A model generated the notes under the pieces. That model saw nothing but the letters and a program-made list of their open reading frames with translations, did no database searches and had not been told where the DNA came from. Below, piece by piece: positions 57,579 to 64,000 of a stretch of DNA of 64,000 nt (its first letter is position 1; the number at the start of each line of letters is the position of its first letter). The translations under genes were made by a program, and so were the position numbers. Source of the DNA: an uncultured Dehalococcoidia bacterium (lineage in GTDB: Bacteria; Chloroflexota; Dehalococcoidia; Lucifugimonadales; UBA2985); assembly GCA_964573055.1 (NCBI GenBank), contig CAZNIG010000003.1:9443-73442 (forward strand). Reading direction: 5' to 3'.

Positions 57579-58814
57579 TTAATTTTCAGACGAACCTCGG
57601 TTCGAAGTTGGATCCTTTGCAAAACCCTGAGAGATCCGGTCGATTACAACAGCTAAAACAACTATGGCAAGACCACCTGTTAGACCTCGACCGAACTCCA
57701 ACTGTTGCACTCCTGCATAGACGTCAGCACCCAAGCCACCAGCCCCTACCAGTGCAGCAATAACAACCATCGCCAGTGCCATCATCACGGTTTGGTTAAT
57801 TCCGGCCATGATGGTGGGTCTTGCTAAAGGAAGCTCGACTTTAACCAGCATCTGCCAAGGGGTAGTACCAAAAGCCAATGCTGCTTCTTTAAGATCGGCA
57901 TTAACCAAGCGTATGCCTAGGTTAGTCAGGCGAATTCCTGGAGGAACAGCATATATGATCGTAGCAAATACGGCAGGTACCATGCCGATACCCAAAAAGA
58001 ATATAGCAGGAATAAGATATACGAAGCTTGGCATTGTCTGAGCCATATCCAGTAAGGGTTTCATAGCTGATTGTACCCGATCGCTTTTAGACATAGCTAT
58101 ACCTATAGGAACAGCGATGACTATAGACAGGAATGTAGCAGTACCCACCACGGTCATAGTAACCATCATGCCTTCCCAAAGGTCAAAAACACCTACTAAA
58201 AATAATCCGATAGTGCTAAACACAGCTGTCTTGTAACCCGTTACACGCCACGCTATCAGATACACCAAACCCAAAAACACCCACATAGGCATATCCCTTA
58301 AACCTCGATCAAGAGGTACCATCGCCTTGAGAACGTTTCGCACAAGAGAGCGGAAGAATGACTTAAATTTAACTTTAAGCCAGATCACTGCGTCATCTAT
58401 ACGACTGTCGAAAGCTCCCGGCCTGACTTCTGTTTCACCTACATTAACAATGATCTTGCCAACAGCTTTCACTCTTTGACCTTCCACAACATGTTGATCT
58501 TGCCCAGGTGCATAGAATGGAAAAGAATCAGGGGTGCCAGAAATAGCTATGATAGAAAGAGCAGCAAATACTACTGCGGTAACGATCCTCCACAGCCTTA
58601 CTTTGATCGAATTAATGATGCTCCACATCAAATATCCCATAAGCAACACGAACACCCAAGAGTAAAGCCTTGGGAAAAAGACATCCATAGCCGGACCCTC
58701 TGTGAATTTTATAGCCAGATCCACAAGTATTACGCATAGCACTAGAAAATACAGAATTTGCATTAACAGACCACGAGGTGTTGATGTGTTGAACATTTTC
58801 TTAACTGATTGCAT
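57579..58814 (-). CDS. proW: Glycine betaine/proline ABC transporter permease (ProW/OpuAB type, long N-terminal membrane extension)
   Basis: 411 aa. The C-terminal half carries the ABC permease EAA-type loop (DLKEAALAFGTTPWQMLVKVELPLARP). Confidence 0.9.
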   Translation of the reverse strand: MQSVKKMFNTSTPRGLLMQILYFLVLCVILVDLAIKFTEGPAMDVFFPRLYSWVFVLLMGYLMWSIINSIKVRLWRIVTAVVFAALSIIAISGTPDSFPFYAPGQDQHVVEGQRVKAVGKIIVNVGETEVRPGAFDSRIDDAVIWLKVKFKSFFRSLVRNVLKAMVPLDRGLRDMPMWVFLGLVYLIAWRVTGYKTAVFSTIGLFLVGVFDLWEGMMVTMTVVGTATFLSIVIAVPIGIAMSKSDRVQSAMKPLLDMAQTMPSFVYLIPAIFFLGIGMVPAVFATIIYAVPPGIRLTNLGIRLVNADLKEAALAFGTTPWQMLVKVELPLARPTIMAGINQTVMMALAMVVIAALVGAGGLGADVYAGVQQLEFGRGLTGGLAIVVLAVVIDRISQGFAKDPTSNRGSSEN

Positions 58815-58884
58815 TTCTTAGTGTCCTTTTTCCTTATCTAAACCTACTAACTTATAACGCCAGAAGACCTAGTTCGTCTTGATA

Positions 58885-60240
58885 TTAATACCCTGCCGCT
58901 ACTACTTCTGCCTGCTGAGCTTGATGACTTTCAGCTAGGCTAACCAATAGATCCCCTCGCGATACCACCCCTAACAACCGATCCTCGTCATCTACTACCG
59001 CGATAGGACACTCGCTCATTGCTGAAAGCGGAACTAGCTCATTTATAGGTGTATCTGGATAGGCCTTACTAAATACCGGCGCATCAGATATAGTGATAGC
59101 TTCAATTGACGAGTCATCTGCGTTTGATATAGAAGACACATCCTCCAAAGTCACAACTCCAACTATCTTCCCTTCTGAGTCTAGAACAAACGAGAATTCT
59201 TCTCCAGTATCGGATAACTTTGCTAACACTTCACTGGGTTTCTCCGACCCGATTGTAGTATTAGAGGGATCATCCATAATACTAGCGGCTCCTAATACCC
59301 GTGTCCGAGATATACTGCGTACGAAATCTCCTACATAGTCATCAGAAGGATTTTCAACTATCTCTTCAGGGGATCCAAGTTGAACTATCATTCCATCGCG
59401 CATTATTGCAATCCTGCTTCCCATCCTGAGTGCCTCATCGAGGTCGTGAGTAATAAACACTATGGTCTTTTTCAGCGTCTTTTGAAGAACCAATAGTTCC
59501 TCCTGCATTTCGCGCCTGATTAATGGATCAAGTGCACTGAAAGGTTCATCCATAAGTAATATTTCAGGATCCACGGCCAGGGCCCTAGCCAAACCCACTC
59601 TTTGCTGCATACCACCACTGAGTTCAAAGGCGTAGTTATCTTCCCACCCTTTAAGTCCAACATTCTCAAGAACTTCACGGGCTTTTTGATGCCTAGCCTC
59701 TTTTTCCACGCCCTGAATCTCCAGACCGAAAGCCACATTATCCAGTATGGTTCTGTTTGGCATTAGTCCGAAATACTGAAATACCATAGCCGTTTTGGTC
59801 CTGCGGAATTTAGTAAGATCGGAACGGCTGTATTCAATAACATCCTCTTCATCTACGTAGACATGTCCGGCATCCGGTTCAATTAGTCGCGTAAGACAAC
59901 GAACCAAAGTGGATTTACCACTGCCAGAGAGACCCATTACTACGAACGTCTCCCCTTTATAAACATCAAAACTTACATCTTGTAAGGCTATAACTGAGTT
60001 CAATTCCTCCTGGATTTCTGCCTTGCTCTTACCAACATATTGCCCGGACATAACCAGAGAGGGATCATCGCCAAATACCTTCCAAAGAGATCTGACCGCT
60101 ATACAAACTTCCTCTTCTTGTAACGCGACGCCTGATGCCTCATTTGCCTCATTGTCAATGCTCATATTATCAACTGCCTCCAGCTCCAGATTTTCTCCTA
60201 CCGGGTCATAGACGATATAACGACACAACCCTTCTGGCAT
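58885..60240 (-). CDS. proV: Glycine betaine/proline ABC transporter ATP-binding protein with tandem CBS domains
   Basis: 451 aa with Walker A GLSGSGKST, signature LSGGMQQR, Walker B LLMDEPFSALD and a C-terminal CBS pair. The true start may be the internal ATG (MSIDNE..). Confidence 0.9.
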   Translation of the reverse strand: MPEGLCRYIVYDPVGENLELEAVDNMSIDNEANEASGVALQEEEVCIAVRSLWKVFGDDPSLVMSGQYVGKSKAEIQEELNSVIALQDVSFDVYKGETFVVMGLSGSGKSTLVRCLTRLIEPDAGHVYVDEEDVIEYSRSDLTKFRRTKTAMVFQYFGLMPNRTILDNVAFGLEIQGVEKEARHQKAREVLENVGLKGWEDNYAFELSGGMQQRVGLARALAVDPEILLMDEPFSALDPLIRREMQEELLVLQKTLKKTIVFITHDLDEALRMGSRIAIMRDGMIVQLGSPEEIVENPSDDYVGDFVRSISRTRVLGAASIMDDPSNTTIGSEKPSEVLAKLSDTGEEFSFVLDSEGKIVGVVTLEDVSSISNADDSSIEAITISDAPVFSKAYPDTPINELVPLSAMSECPIAVVDDEDRLLGVVSRGDLLVSLAESHQAQQAEVVAAGY

Positions 60241-60347
60241 GATAAGCCTTTTTCAACTGATCTATATTTCTTCCAACACTCCTGCGACATCTCAATTTCG
60301 AGATAAGACCGATGTTCGGAAGAACTTTACTTGCGAAGGGATAAGTA

Positions 60348-60950
60348 CTATGCAGCCACGCCCCTTCGATATATGTCCCACATCTTGACACGCTGATCCG
60401 TTAGACTATGTGAATAGTCGTTAAGCGCCGACAATGTAGCTGCACTCTGCACTAACCCTAGAAAAGCAGTCGCAGCTGCCTCTACATCCAAGTCCCCCCT
60501 TATACTTCCTTCAATAATCCCTCTCCCTATAACTTCCTGTACTACGTCAAGGTAGTTAAAAAGCATCTGGGACACACGAGGTGCTAAACCTATACCGTCG
60601 AAGCTCATCGCCTCCGCGATTACTATAAAGGACGTAGCCCTTCTGTCTTGTACATCATCAAGATGAGCCTCTAGAATTTGTTCGAGATTCTTAAGCGCAG
60701 ACTCTCCCTGAGTCTGGGCTTCCTCGACTTTTCGCACGAGATTATTCTCTATGTCATCAACAAGAAGCGTAAGAATCTGATGTTTACTCGCGAAATGCCT
60801 ATATATTGCCCCTTCAGTCAATCCCACATGTTCAGCTATGGCATCGATGGTAACATGCTCCATGCCCTTGGTAGTAATTAGATAAATCACCGCTTCTATA
60901 ATCTGGTGTTTACGGACCACCGTACTTTGTCTTGCTATTTTTGTAGCCAT
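60348..60950 (-). CDS. TetR-family transcriptional regulator
   Basis: 200 aa with an N-terminal TetR HTH (TIDAIAEHVGLTEGAIYRHFASK). It is directly upstream of proV. Confidence 0.85.
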   Translation of the reverse strand: MATKIARQSTVVRKHQIIEAVIYLITTKGMEHVTIDAIAEHVGLTEGAIYRHFASKHQILTLLVDDIENNLVRKVEEAQTQGESALKNLEQILEAHLDDVQDRRATSFIVIAEAMSFDGIGLAPRVSQMLFNYLDVVQEVIGRGIIEGSIRGDLDVEAAATAFLGLVQSAATLSALNDYSHSLTDQRVKMWDIYRRGVAA

Positions 60951-61083
60951 AGTGCTGCCTTAAATTATTGCAAGTAAACGCTCGCTCACATCTTAATTTT
61001 CAGGCCAATATTTGTCAAACTCCACACGAGGTGGTGGTATTGGTGCCTTCCGTAATATATTAATGCTTAAGCGGGCCATTTCG

Positions 61084-62424
61084 TCACCTTTGGGCCTCGC
61101 GCCATGCCTTCCACCACTCATCCAGGCGATTAGCAATCGTTTTTTCATACCCCTGATCACTAGGAATATAATAGCGTCTCCCTGTTAGTGAGTCTGGCAG
61201 GTTATTCATCGGTGCAAAATGACCGGGATATCCATGGGAGTATTTGTATCCTTCTCCATGCCCCATGTCTTTCATTAATTTAGTTACCGGGTTCCTAAGA
61301 TGGATAGGAACTGGTTGATTTCGTGTGTTCCTAGCATCCTGACGAGCCAAGTTTAGAGCAGAATACGCTGAGTTGCTCTTTGGAGCAGTAGCCAGATATA
61401 CACAGGCATGTGCTAAGGTGATTGCACCTTCTGGCATACCTATGAAGTGAACTGCCTGTTGAGCTGAAATAGCTATAGGTAACCCCATAGGATCAGCCAG
61501 CCCTACATCCTCAGAAGCGAGGATTACCAATCTCCTCGCTATGAATAGCGGATCTTCTCCAGCTTCGATCATTCTACCAAGCCAATATATAGCTGCATCC
61601 GGATCTGATCCACGCACAGACTTTATCAGAGCAGATATTGTGTCATAGTGCTGGTCGCCCGCAGAATCATAAAGAATCGCCTTGTGCTGTAGGGCATCTT
61701 CTATAATCTCTAGAGTTATTCCTCGAAAACCTTGTTCATTTTTGTCTGTGCCAAGCGCAGCCAATTCCAGGGCGTTAAGTGAAACTCTCGCGTCTCCGTC
61801 AGCCATTGCGACCAGATAATCCATGGCCTCCTTAGACACATTTATGCTAAGAGGGCCTAAACCATGCTCATGGTCCTGGATCGCCCGGACTATAATATCC
61901 TGTATCTCTTCATCTTCTAACGGCTTGAGTGGAAAAACTCTGCACCGAGACAGGAGTGGCGCAATAACCTCAAACGAAGGGTTTTCTGTTGTCGCTCCTA
62001 TAAAGGTAACTATCCCCTCTTCTATATGAGGCAGTATTACATCTTGCTGCGCTTTATTGAAACGATGTATCTCGTCAACAAATAAAACAGTACGCTGGCT
62101 GTATAGAGCGATACGCTCTCTGGCATTTTCAATTATCTTCCGCAATTCTCCAACGCCAGATGTGACCGCACTTACAAAATCGAAATGTGATCTAGTCAGG
62201 TTTGCTATTAGAAATGCCAGGCTTGTTTTGCCACTCCCCGGAGGACCCCACAAAATCAGAGAGGGAATCTGATCCGATTCAATGCTGCGCCTGAAAACTC
62301 TATCCCGTCCAAGGAGATGCTGCTGACCTACGAACTGATCCAATGAACGCGGTCGCATACGAGACGCCAATGGAGCGTTCCGGTCCAATTCCTTCTTCCG
62401 ATGGTTCTCGAAAAGGTCCACCAA
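61084..62424 (-). CDS. rarA: Replication-associated recombination protein A (AAA+ ATPase)
   Basis: 446 aa (LILWGPPGSGKTSLA; FVDEIHRFNK; the MgsA C-terminal HLRN..YKYSH region). Confidence 0.95.
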   Translation of the reverse strand: MVDLFENHRKKELDRNAPLASRMRPRSLDQFVGQQHLLGRDRVFRRSIESDQIPSLILWGPPGSGKTSLAFLIANLTRSHFDFVSAVTSGVGELRKIIENARERIALYSQRTVLFVDEIHRFNKAQQDVILPHIEEGIVTFIGATTENPSFEVIAPLLSRCRVFPLKPLEDEEIQDIIVRAIQDHEHGLGPLSINVSKEAMDYLVAMADGDARVSLNALELAALGTDKNEQGFRGITLEIIEDALQHKAILYDSAGDQHYDTISALIKSVRGSDPDAAIYWLGRMIEAGEDPLFIARRLVILASEDVGLADPMGLPIAISAQQAVHFIGMPEGAITLAHACVYLATAPKSNSAYSALNLARQDARNTRNQPVPIHLRNPVTKLMKDMGHGEGYKYSHGYPGHFAPMNNLPDSLTGRRYYIPSDQGYEKTIANRLDEWWKAWREAQR

Positions 62425-62538
62425 GACACGCTTTCTGAAGTCTTCGCAGGTAACATTCGTCCATTCAATTATATATTATTTGCCGCGAAAAACACGGTAC
62501 AGATGACCCATATTGCCGTCATCATAATAATCAAAATA

Positions 62539-62823
62539 CTAGATGTTTCTAGTCTCTAGCTCCACGACAGTTACTCCAGCATCACCTTCTCCGATATATC
62601 CGTCTCTGTACCCAATCACTAGAGGATGATTCGCCAACATTTCATGCACAGCCGCCTTAAGTACACCTGTGCCTTTACCGTGAATCACCCTTACGGCTTT
62701 CAGCCCAGAAACAAACGAACGATCCAGATACCCTTCCAAAAGATATAAAGCATCTGCAACCGCCATCCTCCGGAGATGGATTTCCGACATATGTCTATCA
62801 TTTTGTTTATTTACCTGCGACAC
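62539..62823 (-). CDS. Stand-alone Smr-domain protein
   Basis: 94 aa (IHLRRMAVADALYLLEGYLD..VRVIHGKGTGVLK). Confidence 0.8.
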   Translation of the reverse strand: MSQVNKQNDRHMSEIHLRRMAVADALYLLEGYLDRSFVSGLKAVRVIHGKGTGVLKAAVHEMLANHPLVIGYRDGYIGEGDAGVTVVELETRNI

Positions 62824-63084
62824 AACCTAACCACATCTCCATAGGTTATAAACCCATATTTGAGTAATTAATATGCTGGCAAACGAAAGGGTATATCAAA
62901 ATACCCCGCCGGCACAAACATTCTTCATAGATACTGTATAGTGTCCGCAGGACAAATTTGATCAGCCTGAGCACTTCCATAAATTAAGACTGCTCAATAA
63001 AATTACGGCAGGATTCTTCTAATTCTAAAGCAAATCAAAACGTTACTTAAATCCACTTCTTTTAAGGTTTGCCTGGGTTCGTCT

Positions 63085-64000
63085 GTGAGCCTTGGCATGG
63101 TATTCCTAGTCGCCAGAGGACTCGATTGGGGAGAGGTATGGACTAATATCAGAGATATACCCATACAAAACCTATGTATAGCGTTGATACTATTTCTCAT
63201 GAGCAACTTCGCAAGGGCTTACAGGTGGAAAATACTATTTTTCAACGCTCGAATATCCGTGGTCAGACTATTCATAATCGAAAACATTGGACTTGGGGTA
63301 AACAATTTGGTACCTCTACGAATAGCTAGTGAGGTGACGCAATTAGCTTTACTAACGCTGAGGGACAACATAGAAAGAGGAATGTCGCTTGCCACACTAG
63401 GGATGACACGAATACTAGATATTTGGGCCTCTACTGTCATCCTAGCTATAGGGTTAATGCTAGTACCCAGTGCGAGTGGTCTGGCCAAATATGCCATTGG
63501 AGGCTTCATACTTTCTTTACTACTGTTGGCCCTCGTACTATTCCTATCCTGGAATTGGCATAAACCATTCTTCGTTCAGCGCATAACCGTTCTTAGAACC
63601 TTCACACAATCCATAGCCGGAATCGAGCAAAGAAAGAGTCGGCTATTAGCATCCCTGGCAGTTAGCTTAGGCCACTGGCTACTTTTGGGCTTAAGCGCGT
63701 GGGTCGTGGCTGTAGGAATGGGCTTGCCAGTTTCCTTAGCACAAATAATTCTGGTAATGCTAGCAACCATACTGTTCGCCACATCCGTTCCATCTCTTCC
63801 GGGAGCAATAGGAACATTCGAAGCGGCCATGGTATACGTTTTAGGACTATTCAATGTGGACAGAGATTTGGTTTTCCCTTATGCTCTCACAATGCATCTA
63901 CTGCTGTTTACCCCTTCCACACTCATAGCAGTAATATTTCTCCCTAGAGAAGGCTTAGGCTCCATCAGAAAAATTCCATCTATGATTCAAAACTTGCGAG
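63085..64000 (+). CDS. Flippase-like / UPF0104 (lysyl-PG synthase TM-region-like) membrane protein; 3' end beyond the window, start uncertain
   Basis: My translation gives an open frame from 63001 to the window end (..RGLDWGEVWTNIRDI..ARAYRWKILF..NNLVPLRIASEV..PSLPGAIGTFEAAMVYVL..). The first canonical starts are GTG 63085 and ATG 63097. It is not in the ORF track because no stop lies inside the window. Confidence 0.6.
   Translation, partial: MSLGMVFLVARGLDWGEVWTNIRDIPIQNLCIALILFLMSNFARAYRWKILFFNARISVVRLFIIENIGLGVNNLVPLRIASEVTQLALLTLRDNIERGMSLATLGMTRILDIWASTVILAIGLMLVPSASGLAKYAIGGFILSLLLLALVLFLSWNWHKPFFVQRITVLRTFTQSIAGIEQRKSRLLASLAVSLGHWLLLGLSAWVVAVGMGLPVSLAQIILVMLATILFATSVPSLPGAIGTFEAAMVYVLGLFNVDRDLVFPYALTMHLLLFTPSTLIAVIFLPREGLGSIRKIPSMIQNLR

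Overview
This is a 64-kb chromosomal segment that is almost entirely housekeeping and central or catabolic metabolism. I saw no CRISPR array, transposase, integrase, prophage or recognisable defence genes.

Gene content, in order:
- hspR-like/grpE/dnaK, larE, radA, clpC, rpsA
- an isolated 5S rRNA
- ggt, two SDRs, two tandem FAH-family paralogues
- tRNA-Sec, trxA, gltX, rluD, lspA, acnA
- a thrC-like/NIL/MoaD-like trio, tgt
- two enoyl-CoA hydratases, an acyl-CoA ligase and a VOC protein
- a NarI-like/HdrD-like membrane Fe-S protein beside sucCD
- a MacB-type ABC pair with a 1167-aa permease
- M42 peptidase, DUF805/DUF3054 membrane proteins, tRNA-Met
- coaX-coaBC, nnr, acpS, metF, folD, queA
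- a glycine-betaine ABC system with a TetR regulator, rarA, and an Smr protein

The gene order and paralogue-rich catabolic content suggest a marine Chloroflexota-like organism. That is a low-confidence inference only.

The most notable hidden signal is selenocysteine decoding:
- A clear tRNA-Sec (anticodon UCA, 8-bp acceptor stem, long variable arm) lies at 17190-17287.
- A DsbA/FrnE-like oxidoreductase at 44558-45199 is split in the ORF track by one in-frame TGA. The TGA falls exactly at the first Cys of the CPWC redox motif (U-P-W-C).
- A small hairpin with a GG loop follows 14 nt downstream.

Other points worth follow-up:
- an orphan 5S rRNA gene
- a ThrC-like + NIL + MoaD-like (GG-SK tail) cluster, suggestive of protein-thiocarboxylate sulfur amino-acid synthesis
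- an unexplained ~430-nt structured region containing a 15-nt perfect complement of the 16S 3' end
- a long leader upstream of the betaine-binding protein gene
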